Shown here one piece after another: positions 37,423 through 48,100 of a stretch of 64,000 nt of DNA (position 1 is its first letter; every line of letters begins with the position of its first letter). Location: positions 841 to 64,840 of the IMG/VR virus record IMGVR_UViG_3300035660_000007. The stretch is one strand, 5' to 3'. The stretch comes from a virus (Duplodnaviria > Caudoviricetes). The translations under genes and the position numbers were made by a program. The notes beneath the pieces are model-generated. The model worked only from the letters and a program-made list of their open reading frames with translations. It ran no database searches and was not told the DNA's origin.

Positions 37423-37857
37423 ATGTGCACCCCTCGCGCGGACGGCGCACTCGGCCCGACGGGCGTGGACCTGCTGGGCCTCGGGGACGCCCTCGGGGTC
37501 GAGCCCTACCGCGTCCTGGAGAAGCTGGGGCTGGGCGACCCGGACAGCCGCGCCGTGGTCGAGGCACTGATGGGCGTGGCGCGGGCGGCGGCGGCGCTGC
37601 GGGCTTCCCTGGATTCGGCGGTGCGCCAGGCCGCCGCCTTGGCGGGTGCCTGCGCGGAACTCGAAACGGCCACGCCGCGGCTGCTGGCATTGCTGGCGGT
37701 GAGCGGCGGGCGCATAAGGCGGACGGCCGAGGCGGTGCATTGCCAGGCCGACCTCGAACGCATGGAACAGGAGGCCATGAATGGCGGACCCAATGACAGC
37801 GGAAGACAAGCTCAAGGAAACGACGGCGGCAGCGGCGGCGAGCAAGGAGCGGCCTGA
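37423..37857 (+). CDS. Hypothetical helical protein
   Basis: Open frame between tail tube and chaperone; overlaps the chaperone start. Confidence 0.45.
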   Translation: MCTPRADGALGPTGVDLLGLGDALGVEPYRVLEKLGLGDPDSRAVVEALMGVARAAAALRASLDSAVRQAAALAGACAELETATPRLLALLAVSGGRIRRTAEAVHCQADLERMEQEAMNGGPNDSGRQAQGNDGGSGGEQGAA

Positions 37858-38365
37858 ACCGCCCGCCGAGGAGAGCAGGCCGGCCCTCACCGAGCCGGCC
37901 CCGCGCGACGTGATACTCGCAGGCGCGCGGTTCGTCGTGCGCGAGATGCCGATCGGCAGGCTCAAGGAGTTCTGGCGGCGCGTCGACGCCATCACCAGCG
38001 ACATGCTCACGACCTACCGGCAGCAGGGTAAGACGATGGGCGACGACGACGCCCGCGAGCTCGGCAGCCTGCACACGCTGCGTCTGGCCTACCACGACAG
38101 CGACGTCGAGCTGGTGGCGGCCGCGCTGGCGGACCAGAAGGCGCCGGACGGGCAGCGGGTGACGCGGCAATGGATTGAGGACCACGTGACCGACCCGAAT
38201 GAACTATCGCTGGTCGCCGACGTGGTCTGGGACGTGAATATTCTAGGCCCAAAAGTGACGCGCCGGATGGAGGCGATCATGAGAAGGCTTCTGTTATTGG
38301 CTGGAACGTATACGACCGCCTCGCCCACGAATACGGATGGGCCCCCGAAGTCGTCGACCGCCTGA
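37781..38365 (+). CDS. Tail assembly chaperone (gpG-like)
   Basis: Position between tail tube and tape measure; slippery site near the 3' end. Confidence 0.78.
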   Translation: MADPMTAEDKLKETTAAAAASKERPEPPAEESRPALTEPAPRDVILAGARFVVREMPIGRLKEFWRRVDAITSDMLTTYRQQGKTMGDDDARELGSLHTLRLAYHDSDVELVAAALADQKAPDGQRVTRQWIEDHVTDPNELSLVADVVWDVNILGPKVTRRMEAIMRRLLLLAGTYTTASPTNTDGPPKSSTA

Positions 38366-38595
38366 CAGTCACCCAGGTTAAGGGGCTTCTCGGCGCGTGC
38401 AGGAACAGGCGGATGCGAGATCTGGCTGACCTCGCGTATGTAACGCGGCTAGCCTTCCATGCGGACGCGAACCAGTTCCGCACGGAGATCCGGGAGATGA
38501 CGCGCGGGGAGGGCGCGGCACCGGCGCGCACAGCGACGGAGGCGGAAATGGCCGCGATGGAGATCGGCCATACCATGGCGGACCCTACAAGTTGA
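38248..38595 (+). other. Programmed -1 frameshift site C CCA AAA (38248-38254) and gpGT-like extension
   Basis: XXXYYYZ heptamer in the correct phase; -1 frame open to 38595, encoding YDRLAHEYGWAPEVVDRLTVTQV. Confidence 0.8.
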
Positions 38596-38617
38596 GACAA
38601 ACCTGATCGGGTAGCGG

Positions 38618-38839
38618 TCAGTGAAGTATCAAGTTCAGCAATAGCCAGACCGCCAACAGAATGATCCCCAGCGAGATCAGCCCCAACCCGACTATCTGGC
38701 AGTCGAGGCAGAAGCACTCCACTGACGTCATGTGCTGCCGGATCGCCATCTTCTCCTCCCGCGTCATCCTCGACAGGCGGGCGGCGCGCTCGGCGGGATC
38801 GAGGTCGTCGAACGGCGAGGCCTTTTCAGATTTCGACAT
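38618..38839 (-). CDS. Small membrane protein (antisense insert)
   Basis: AAGGAG RBS; C-terminal TM. Confidence 0.6.
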   Translation of the reverse strand: MSKSEKASPFDDLDPAERAARLSRMTREEKMAIRQHMTSVECFCLDCQIVGLGLISLGIILLAVWLLLNLILH

Positions 38840-39708
38840 GTCGTTCTCCTTTCCCGGCCCCGCCGCGCGGGGCCTGGGTTCGCTGTTTTTCGACTGGCCA
38901 CTACTAGGTCGAAGGATTGCACCATTGGCAGGGGCGGTGCGGTGGCGCTGAAGCACTTCTGCAAAACCCGATCCTGCTTCTTAGAATTGCACCCCTGACA
39001 GGACGGCACGACGTTGCCTCTCATATGCGGGCCGCCTTTGCTAATGGGTGCGAAATGGTCTTGCGTCAGCTTTACGTCTCCCCTCCCGCAGTAGGCGCAT
39101 CTCTGCCCAAAGCGCTCCTTTATTGTCTGCCATCCCTCGTTATCCAGCCGGGCTTCTATAGGGGTTGCATGGAGGCGCGCTCGATACAGGACTGCTTGGC
39201 GTCGCTGATAAGCTCGGCCCTCTGGCGTTTGGACCCACTTGCGCTCATATTCGCGACTACGGGCCTTCACCTCCGGTCGCTGGCGCCGAGCACGTCTGCG
39301 GGCGGTGACATCTGGGCGATGTGACCAGGCACGTTTATAATCCCGTTTACGGGCCTTCACGTCTGGCTGCTGATTGCGAACCCGCGCTTGTTCGGCCCGT
39401 CGTTTCCCTACATCTGGCCGGTGCCTCCAATCTCGATATAATTTGGCATGTCGCTCCTTGATTCCGGGGCGCCGATAATAGGCGTAGCCGACTGGGACCC
39501 TGCAATTCTTACAGGATGGATACCGCCCATAGAGATGCTGACGGCTCCGGTGAAAGGCATTCAGAGGAAGCCATTCTTTGCATTTTGTGCACTGCTTATT
39601 GCCGGGAACGGACCCGCGCTTGTCATGGCTCCCGACGGGGGCTTTAGGGCGCGAATCCGCCCCGGCATCTACTACAAAATCCTGGTTGGGCAATGTATCG
39701 GTTGCCAT
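38764..39708 (-). CDS. HNH endonuclease (homing-type)
   Basis: KQCTKC...CKNC, basic repeats, CAYCG...QDHFAPISKGG...NVVPSCQGCNSKK. Confidence 0.9.
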   Translation of the reverse strand: MATDTLPNQDFVVDAGADSRPKAPVGSHDKRGSVPGNKQCTKCKEWLPLNAFHRSRQHLYGRYPSCKNCRVPVGYAYYRRPGIKERHAKLYRDWRHRPDVGKRRAEQARVRNQQPDVKARKRDYKRAWSHRPDVTARRRARRQRPEVKARSREYERKWVQTPEGRAYQRRQAVLYRARLHATPIEARLDNEGWQTIKERFGQRCAYCGRGDVKLTQDHFAPISKGGPHMRGNVVPSCQGCNSKKQDRVLQKCFSATAPPLPMVQSFDLVVASRKTANPGPARRGRERRTTCRNLKRPRRSTTSIPPSAPPACRG

Positions 39709-39716
39709 GACACCCT

Positions 39717-39745
39717 ATTCTACCGCAAATCGCCCGGTCTGTAAA
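39717..39745 (-). promoter_or_regulatory. Sigma70-type promoter for the HNH gene, near-leaderless
   Basis: Minus strand reads TTTACA-N17-TAGAAT, 8 nt before ATG 39708. Confidence 0.7.
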
Positions 39746-39754
39746 GCCCCCCTG

Positions 39755-39771
39755 CCTGGAATATACCGACG
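39755..39771 (+). promoter_or_regulatory. Late-promoter motif CCTGGAATATACCGACG
   Basis: 13-bp core identical; upstream of the tape measure gene. Confidence 0.75.
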
Positions 39772-39793
39772 AGACGTCGTGTAGGCTATCCAG

Positions 39794-42700
39794 ATGGCAA
39801 AAATCGCGGATTTGTACGTAGAGCTTTCTCTGCGCGCCCAGGGCCTAAATGCGGGTCTCAAGGCCGCAGATGCTCAGATCAAGCAGACCGCTAAGAATTG
39901 GGACGCTACCTTCGCCGCCGCCCAGGGCATCGGCAAGGGCATGATGGTGGCGGGGGGCGCGATCGTGGCGGCGATCGCGATGGGGACGCGCGAGGCAGCC
40001 AGCCAGCAGCAGGCAATGGAAGTCCTGAACCGCACGCTCGGCATGACGACCGGCAAGTTGAACGAAGCCTCGTCCGCGGTCGACACCCTGAGCATCGCCA
40101 CCGGCAAGGCCGACACAGAGATAATATCAGCCTGGACGGACATCGCGCGCATGGGCATCAAGGCGAGCGACACGATGCGAGTCCTGGAGGCTTCGACGCG
40201 CGCCGCGGCTGCCACGGGTTCCGACGTGGTCACAGTCGGGCAGGCCGTCGCCGCGGTTCTCCGCACATGGAACCTCTCCGCCTCGGACGCCACCAAAGTG
40301 ACGGACCAGATGGCGTATTCGACGACGCAAGCGAACATGAGCATGGGCCAACTCGGCGAGGCGCTGAAGGACATTGCACCGTCGGCCTCGATTCTCGGCG
40401 TGAGCTACACCGACCTGCTTGCGGCCTTCATGACGATGGCTCAGCGCGGCCGGGATGTTGAGAGCAGTGTGATGGGTCTGTCGCGTGCCCTCATGAGCCT
40501 GTCGAAGCCCACGGACGATGTCAGAGCGGCCCTGAAGAACTACGGATACGAATCGGGCCAGGCGCTAATCGCGAGCGAGGGGCTCCTCGGCGTGGTCAAG
40601 TTCATAACGGTGGCGGCGGGCGGCAGCACCGAGAAGATGATCATGCTGACGGGCGGCACCAAGTCGTTCCGCGCCATGGCCGCGATCGCCGAGGAGGGCG
40701 GCACCTACCTGCGGAAAAACCTGGAGGCGCTCGCTGCCGCGGGCGGCACCGTCGCCACATTCCTCACGGATCTTGCCAAAACGGCGGGATTCCAGTGGGA
40801 CCGGTTCAAGAAGGCTGTTCTGGAGGCGAGTGAGGCCCTGGGCCAGCCGTTCCTCTCCATCGCCACGGCAGCGCTAACCAAGTTGACGGCATTGACGGAT
40901 GTAACCCGGAAATGGACGGAGGCGCATCATGCCCTGACCGTAGCCATCGGAATAACGGGCGCTGCCATCACAGCCCTGGGGGCCGCAGCTTACGGATTGT
41001 CGTGGCTTTACGGAATGCTGGTCCGCCTGCGGGCCGTCTGGATGTTCCTGGCTGCTAATCCCCTCGTGCTGCAGATCATCGTGCCCGTGGCGGCGATAGC
41101 CGCAATTTGGAGAGCCGTGGACGCCTACATGGCCTTCGTGGAGGCGCGGCGCAAGGCTGGCGTGGCCGGCGAGGTGCAGATAGCGAAGGCGCACCTGGCG
41201 AAGGTGCCGTACCCCACGACGCGCGATGTGTCGGAATGGACTCCGCAGCAGGTACAACGGGTCAATGACCTCACCAACGCCTACAATTTCCTGAGGCGAG
41301 GCATCGCAGACGCGAAGAAGGCGCAGGATGGCTGGGTGCAGGTCAATCGCGAGAATGTCGCGGTCTTCAACCGGCTGGCGGCCAGCATCGGGGGCACGAC
41401 CTACCGTACGGGTGACTTGCGCTTGTCGATCGAGAGGGCTCAGCAGGCCCTTGCCTTGGTGAAGGAAAGGTTGCATGGGGGCAACGAGGCCCTCAATAAA
41501 CTCGACGCGACTGTGGTGAAGACGACGCCGCATCTCGGCGGAGGGGGGCTTGCAGGTGCCGCTGGCAAGGCCGGCGAGGCCGTGAAGACCGCGGCCGAGA
41601 AGGCCATGGACTGGCTGGGCAAACTCGAGCAGCAGTATGGGTTCGCCAAGGCCATCGGCGACCCGGCGCTCATCCAGCAGACGTTCAACGCCATGATGGC
41701 CGGCTACGACCACGTGCGCGCGAGCGCCGACAGGTTGCACCTGAGTGACACGGCCCTCCTCGACATCAGGGCGAGGATCGCCACGGCGACGCGCGAGTGG
41801 GCAGACGAGATGCAGAAGATGCCGGAGGAGGCGAACCTCCTGGGTGCCGCCCTGTATGCAGGCCCCGTGCCCGCCATGATCATGCTGGCCGCGCAGGCCG
41901 CGGCCGCGGGGGCCGCGATGTCGGGCCTCGAGGACGTCAAGATGCCAGAACTGGGGCCGACCGCGGAGGACAAGGTACGCTTCGCGGTCTTCATCGACAT
42001 GTGGTCGGAATACCTACGGAAGCAGAAGGAGGCGGCGAAGGCCACGGACCTGGCGAAGCGCAGCGTCGAGGCCCTCATGCAGCCCATCGACGAGCTGGCG
42101 ATAGGGTGGGCGACCGGAGCGGTGAGCGCGGATCTCTTGTGGGATGCGTTGAAGGAGATCGAGCCGACCATCCGCGCGATCGGGGGGCCGGAGGCCGTAG
42201 CGGCGCTCGAGCGCATCAAAGAACTCTTCCAGGGCATAGTCAAAGTGGCCGTGGATGCGAACGTTCCGATCGAGGAGATGCCGCAGAAGCTGACGGCCGC
42301 GCAGCAGGCGATGAAGGACCTGGGGGAGGCCGGCAAGCGCGTGCTCGAGCAGATCCGGATGGACTTCGAGGACGCGATATTCCAGCTCATCAAGGGCACG
42401 AGGTCGTTCGGCGACTTCTTCAAGAGCGTGTGGGATGAGATACTGAAGTTCGCCATCCACGTGATGGTGGAGATCGTGCTGAAGAGCATCATCCTGAAGA
42501 ACATCGGGGCCAACCTGTCCGCGGGCGGCGGCGAGGAGGGCATGAGCGGGGCGATCGAGCAGGGCGTGGGCGGCGCCGGACTCGGCAACCTGTGGGGCAC
42601 CCTGTCTTCGGCGCTCGGCGGGATAGCCGGCATAGCGGCAGTCGGACTGATGCTCGGCGGGCTGGCGGACGTCTTTGGCGGCGGGGGCGAGGCACCGCCG

Positions 42701-42982
42701 CCGGTCGTGACGATGCGCACCGTGGACACCGGCACGCAGGGCGGCGCGAACTATCCGACGCAGCCGACATACTTGGCTGGCGGGGGCGCGGCGGCCGGCC
42801 AGAACATCCCGCTGACCCGGACGATCAACCTGTACGGGAACGTGAATGTGGACGCGCCCATCGCGGTGGAAAACTTCGAGGAGTCGGCGGTGCGGCGGCT
42901 TGCGAGTCGGCTGCGCGACGCGCTGGAGGACCAGTTGGGCAAGAAGGACGCGACCCGCGGGCTGGCCGGGGCGGGGGTGTGA
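39794..42982 (+). CDS. Tape measure protein (TP901-like core)
   Basis: IADLYVEL start, Ala-rich helical, QLGEALKDIAP...GVSYTDL core, hydrophobic segments. Confidence 0.92.
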   Translation: MAKIADLYVELSLRAQGLNAGLKAADAQIKQTAKNWDATFAAAQGIGKGMMVAGGAIVAAIAMGTREAASQQQAMEVLNRTLGMTTGKLNEASSAVDTLSIATGKADTEIISAWTDIARMGIKASDTMRVLEASTRAAAATGSDVVTVGQAVAAVLRTWNLSASDATKVTDQMAYSTTQANMSMGQLGEALKDIAPSASILGVSYTDLLAAFMTMAQRGRDVESSVMGLSRALMSLSKPTDDVRAALKNYGYESGQALIASEGLLGVVKFITVAAGGSTEKMIMLTGGTKSFRAMAAIAEEGGTYLRKNLEALAAAGGTVATFLTDLAKTAGFQWDRFKKAVLEASEALGQPFLSIATAALTKLTALTDVTRKWTEAHHALTVAIGITGAAITALGAAAYGLSWLYGMLVRLRAVWMFLAANPLVLQIIVPVAAIAAIWRAVDAYMAFVEARRKAGVAGEVQIAKAHLAKVPYPTTRDVSEWTPQQVQRVNDLTNAYNFLRRGIADAKKAQDGWVQVNRENVAVFNRLAASIGGTTYRTGDLRLSIERAQQALALVKERLHGGNEALNKLDATVVKTTPHLGGGGLAGAAGKAGEAVKTAAEKAMDWLGKLEQQYGFAKAIGDPALIQQTFNAMMAGYDHVRASADRLHLSDTALLDIRARIATATREWADEMQKMPEEANLLGAALYAGPVPAMIMLAAQAAAAGAAMSGLEDVKMPELGPTAEDKVRFAVFIDMWSEYLRKQKEAAKATDLAKRSVEALMQPIDELAIGWATGAVSADLLWDALKEIEPTIRAIGGPEAVAALERIKELFQGIVKVAVDANVPIEEMPQKLTAAQQAMKDLGEAGKRVLEQIRMDFEDAIFQLIKGTRSFGDFFKSVWDEILKFAIHVMVEIVLKSIILKNIGANLSAGGGEEGMSGAIEQGVGGAGLGNLWGTLSSALGGIAGIAAVGLMLGGLADVFGGGGEAPPPVVTMRTVDTGTQGGANYPTQPTYLAGGGAAAGQNIPLTRTINLYGNVNVDAPIAVENFEESAVRRLASRLRDALEDQLGKKDATRGLAGAGV

Positions 42983-42983
42983 C

Positions 42984-43367
42984 ATGGCCACGAACATAGT
43001 GCTTGATAGCTACGAGTTCGAGATCAACCCGCGGCGCATGGGCATCGGCGGTAGGCACGATGCGCCCAAGCGGGACGCCTATCAGGAGACGCTGACCGGC
43101 GGGGTGCTCCACCTCTGGGGCTTCGTGCGCCAGGACCAGGAGATCACGATGGCCTGGGACTGGATGAGCCAAGCCATGTACGGCGAGTTGCGCAAGCGCT
43201 ATATCGCCTCGAACGGCACGCAGCAGTACCAGCTCAGCAACCTCGACGTGGGGGTCGAAGGCCACGTCTACAACGTGGTCATCACCGCGCTGGACTGCCG
43301 CGGCCGCATCGGCCGCGACTTTCTAGACATCGCGATGGTCATGCGCGTGCTCGAGACCGTGCCGTGA
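42984..43367 (+). CDS. Distal tail protein (putative)
   Basis: Follows the tape measure; FEINP...ETLTGG...WDWMS. Confidence 0.65.
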   Translation: MATNIVLDSYEFEINPRRMGIGGRHDAPKRDAYQETLTGGVLHLWGFVRQDQEITMAWDWMSQAMYGELRKRYIASNGTQQYQLSNLDVGVEGHVYNVVITALDCRGRIGRDFLDIAMVMRVLETVP

Positions 43368-44740
43368 GAATCCTAGACCCCGCATATGAGGCGACGCTGA
43401 TCGAGAAGGCCAGGGAGGCCACCTTTCAGGTCGAGGTTTACTCGGGCGCGGCCTGGCGCGACATCACTGACGACGTGAAGAACATCCGGCTGACGCAGCC
43501 GGAGGAGGCCAGACCGGCCGAGGCGAGACTGGAGGTCGAGAACCCGGAGGGCAAGTATGACCCGACCCGGACATACGCGGTGACCTGGCCGGCCGCGGTC
43601 GCCCAGTACCTCGCGCGGAGGAATCCGATCAGAATCCATCTCGGCGGCCGGGCCGGGGGCGTGGACTATCTCTATGACGCTTTTACTGGGATAATCGCGA
43701 CGGGCGGCGGGGATTATCAGCGCGGCGAGGCCGAGACCGTGGCGCTCCAGGCTTTCGACAACAGTCTGCGCTGGGGCAAGCAGGACATCACAAGCCCCGT
43801 CTACGAAGCCTGGGATGCCAATGACATCCTGAAGGACCTCTTCGTGCGCTACGCCGGACTCGCCGACCCGGGCGACTTCAACCTGGCCGCGATCAACTAC
43901 CAGATCAGGCGGATCCAGTTCGTGGAGGAGACGCTCATGGACGCCGGCCGCCTGCTCATGCAAGTGGGGGACCATCGGCTGTTCTGCGACTATGATGGGA
44001 GGTTGCGCAGCGCCGCGCCGTCGGCGAGCAAGCCCGCCTACGACTACGCCTACACGGGCGAATGGGTCGAGCGCGTCGGCCTCGAGTGGCAGTTGCCGCA
44101 GGTCAACACCGTCGTGGTGCTGGGGCGGGAACTCGAGCCGGTCCTGACGCTGGGGGCCCAGGTCGCGTTCGCCACGATCGCGATGTGGCTGTATGGCGAG
44201 GGCCGCAAGACGGCCGTGGTCGTGAAGTTCCCGGAGGGCGAGCGCTACATCAACTGCCAGCCCGATCTCCCCCCGTTCCGCATGATGTATGCCGACCGCG
44301 ACGTGCTCTGGGAGCGCGTCTACGAGGACGAGAAGGAGGTGAAGTTCCAGTTCTGGTGCGCCGGGGCGGGCAACAGCGTCGTCATGAACATCGTGGCCGA
44401 CACCGCCGCCTACGTGGTGCCCCAGGTCAGCGGGTTCGCGCAGGACGCGGCGGGTTACGCAGCGGACGGTCGATTGCCGCTGGAGATCACGAACCCCTGC
44501 CTCCAATTCGACGCGGACTGCCAATGGCTGGCCGACACGCTGCTGGCCCGGCAGGCATGGTATGAGACGCAGATCAAGTTGCGGGTGCCCATGAATCTGA
44601 AGCACGAGCTCGGCGACACCATCATGTTGTCAAACCCGCGGACCGGCGACGACCTCTGGCTCTATGTGCGGGCGATCTCGCACGGCGTGAAGCGCGGCAC
44701 GGCCTCCTATACCGAGCTCGACTGCCTGATGGAGCAGTGA
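43364..44740 (+). CDS. Baseplate hub / tail tip protein (putative)
   Basis: WRDITDDV...ENPEGKY...FTG...DYDGRL...ELGDTI pattern. Confidence 0.7.
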   Translation: MRILDPAYEATLIEKAREATFQVEVYSGAAWRDITDDVKNIRLTQPEEARPAEARLEVENPEGKYDPTRTYAVTWPAAVAQYLARRNPIRIHLGGRAGGVDYLYDAFTGIIATGGGDYQRGEAETVALQAFDNSLRWGKQDITSPVYEAWDANDILKDLFVRYAGLADPGDFNLAAINYQIRRIQFVEETLMDAGRLLMQVGDHRLFCDYDGRLRSAAPSASKPAYDYAYTGEWVERVGLEWQLPQVNTVVVLGRELEPVLTLGAQVAFATIAMWLYGEGRKTAVVVKFPEGERYINCQPDLPPFRMMYADRDVLWERVYEDEKEVKFQFWCAGAGNSVVMNIVADTAAYVVPQVSGFAQDAAGYAADGRLPLEITNPCLQFDADCQWLADTLLARQAWYETQIKLRVPMNLKHELGDTIMLSNPRTGDDLWLYVRAISHGVKRGTASYTELDCLMEQ

Positions 44741-44750
44741 GGTCAGCAAG

Positions 44751-45143
44751 ATGCGGATCGGGATCGACATTGACGGGGTGCTCGGCTACGTTGAAGGCCC
44801 CGGCGTGGTCCGACCCTGGCGGGCGACGCGGGTCTTTTCGGCTTTGCTCGAGAGCCTGCAGGAGATGCACCAGATATTCTTCGTCACGGCCTGCTGCGGG
44901 CCGGATAGCGATCCCGAGGCATTCCGCCCGGTGCGCGAGCACCATCTGCGCGACCTCGGGTTGGGCCATCTATCGGCGCGTTTGCTTCTGACCCGGCACA
45001 ACGAGAAGGGCGCAATATGCCGTGAAATGGGCCTCGACATGCTCATTGACGACTCGGACGACAATCTGGCGCAGGTACGGGCCGCATCGCCCCGCACGAT
45101 CTGCCTGAAGTTTATACCGCCCGCAACGATGGAGGCACTATGA
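44751..45143 (+). CDS. HAD-superfamily 5'(3')-nucleotidase-like protein
   Basis: RIGIDIDGVL...FVT...K...LIDDS. Confidence 0.8.
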   Translation: MRIGIDIDGVLGYVEGPGVVRPWRATRVFSALLESLQEMHQIFFVTACCGPDSDPEAFRPVREHHLRDLGLGHLSARLLLTRHNEKGAICREMGLDMLIDDSDDNLAQVRAASPRTICLKFIPPATMEAL

Positions 45144-48100
45144 GCGTCGGCGAGATACTCGGGGCGGGCGCGCTGAAGCGCAGGGCGGACCGGCAGGACC
45201 GGTACCGCCGCGAGTCCTTCCCCGGCTACGTGCAGGCCATCAGCTACCGGACCGGACCCTCGAACGCCGGCGTCGGCAGCGATTATTCGCTTGTCGTCGG
45301 CGGCGGCAACATGCTCGCGATCCGCGTCAACATCACCGAGAACGCCATGGGGCTGATGTGGGCGCAGTTGCGCATCAAGACCGATGGGGGGGGCGCGACG
45401 GGGCGCCTCCGCATCGTCATGTGGCCCGACATGGCTGGGTGGAACTGGAAGGCCAGCGCGCTCGAGCACTACCCTGTCTTCGTGGACATAGACGACCCGA
45501 CCCTGCAGAGCGACTGGTTCGAGGCTGGCAGGCTCACCGCGGCATACCAAGCCGTGACGTTCCGCTGCCGTCGCGGCATACCGCTCCCGCCGGCGGCATC
45601 GAACGGCTGCGTATGGATCGTGGTGGATGCGCGCCTAGTGGTCGGCAACGTCTGGCTGGACTCGGTCGCGGCGGGCACGAAGCAGATTGCGACCTCTGCC
45701 GATGCCGGCACCACCTGGGCGACAGCCGATGGGCGCGCCATATGGTTCGAATCCTGGTACAGCGACCACGGGGGCACGTTGGACGTCGCACTGCCCTCGA
45801 GCTGGCAGCGCCTGGACTACAACCACACGGCGACGGGATGGGTGACGCTGAGCGCCGCGGCCGGTAGGCTCGCCGCGCTGCGCTTCACCGCCCCGGCCGG
45901 CAGCCCGGAGATATGGCAGGCGCACGCCCGCATGGGCAGCGACGCGACCGGCGCCACCGGCGCGATCGGCCTGGAGATATGGGACGACGACGCCGGGGAG
46001 CCGGGCCAGAGGCTCGCGAGCTTCAACCAAGTCGCGGCGGGGCGGTTGCGCGACATCGCCCTGTGCGGCGGTGACCGCATCGTCTTCGCCATCCCGCAGG
46101 GCGTGGCGCTAACGCCAGCGGCCGATTACTGGTTGGTGATGAACATCCAGGATACAACGGGCGCCGTCAGGCTGGCGGCCGAGAACTTGGGGTGGCCGAC
46201 CTCTGCTTCCATGGATTCAACGGATGACGGCGACAACTGGAGCGGCGGGGTCTGGCGGCCGTGGTTCGAGGCCTACCAGGTCCAGCCGGTCGAGGACGTG
46301 CCGGACGCCAGCGGCCAGTCCCACCTGCCGGGCGGCGAGGTCGCGCTGGGCCGCCTGGGCGGCAGCCACTTCGAGCACAGCGTGGCCGGCCCCGTGGCCG
46401 GCAGCTACGCATACCTCGGGTCGCAACCGGCGGGGGAGCCGGAGAATCCGACCGAGGGCGGATCCGTGCTGCCCGACAACCTCCTGGCCGATCCGCAAAC
46501 GGTGCCCAACATGACCGTGCGGGTGCGGTCCGGGACGTTCTACCTGGGGCGCGGGCGGCATTGGGCCACCACGCAGAACAGCCCCGCCTTCACCCCGCCT
46601 ATGGCCGGGACGCGGCGCGATCTCCTCTCGATAGACGAGGCCGGGGCACTATCCATCACGCAGGGGCCCGGCGGCATGACCGCCCCGACCTACCCGCTCG
46701 ACGAGCTGCCGATATGCCTAGTGACCCTGGTGGCCGGCCAAACCGAGATCATCGCGCAGGACATAGACGACGCACGGCCGATGGTGCCGGAGCGACGGGG
46801 GGTGAGCGCCAGCAATCCGCAACCGGTGGGGCTGACGGCCGCCCCAGGCGCGACCGGGTACGCCTCGGACGCCGACCACGTCCACACCCTCGCGGTCGCC
46901 GCGATCGGCGGCGTATCCCAGGGTGCCATCATCTACGGGCACGACCCGGGCGGCGGGGCGGAGTGGACGGTGCTGCCGCACCCCGGCGACCCGAACCGCT
47001 TCCTGGCCAGCACCGCGACGGAAGTGGGGTGGCGCCTGCTCGCCGCCTCGGACCTCCCCGCGCATGGCGCGGCCTACCATACCGGCAACGTCCTACCCGG
47101 GGCCAACCAGGACCTCGGGGCTTACTACATGGACGTAGCCCAGATCGCGGCGCCAGCTAACCCCGCCGCGGGCACCCGCCGCCTGTTCACTGACCAGGCC
47201 ACCGGTGAACTGTCCGTGCGCACGAATGCAGGCACGACTGTCAGCCTCGAGGCTGGCGCGACAGGGATCGCCCATGCGATCCTGAGCCTGACACATACTG
47301 ATACTACGGCAGCGGCCGTGGTGCGCGGCGACCTCATGACGGGGCAGGTCGCGGCCCCCAACACGAAGTGGACGCGGCTCGCGCACCCGGGCGCGGGAAG
47401 GCTGCTGACCACGCCGAACGCGAACGACGTCGCCTGGGGGTTGACGGCGGTGCGCGGCAGCATCCTGGTCGGCAATGCCACGCCCATCTGGTCGCTGCTG
47501 GCGAATCCGGGAGCCGTGGGGTCGGTTCTCATAAGCGGGGCGACTGACCCTTCCTGGAGCACGACAGCGCAACTTGCGCGCCTGGGCCTGGGCGCGGCGG
47601 CGGACGCCAGCATTCCGCTGACCCTATTGCGAGCCAATGCCAGCCAGATACAACTACTGTCTGCAAGCGGCCAGGCCGCATCGCTTATGGCCTACGGCAC
47701 CTACGGGTCATTGCAAATGCTGGCGAACAACTACTACACCGGCGCGGCTTATACGGCCTATGATGCCGCCAGCCCGATGTGGGCGATGGTGCTGAACACG
47801 AGCGCCGCCGTGGATAAGTTCCTGCTGTATCGGGCACCGGCCGGGGCGACTGCTACATGGACTAACGTATTCGCAGTCGGGGCGACGGGCGGCGTTGGCG
47901 TTCTACTCGGACTGCAAATCGGGACGATTACGCCACCGACCGTCGCTGGCCTCGGCGTCGGCACCGCGCCGCTGGGCGCAGGGCAGGGCGCTTTCAGCAG
48001 CCATGTTACCCTCGCGGGCAACCTGCTCTCGACGGCTGTAGGCGGCACGAACCTCGGCAGCACGACCTACGAACTCGGCCACATCTATCAGGCGCAGGAT

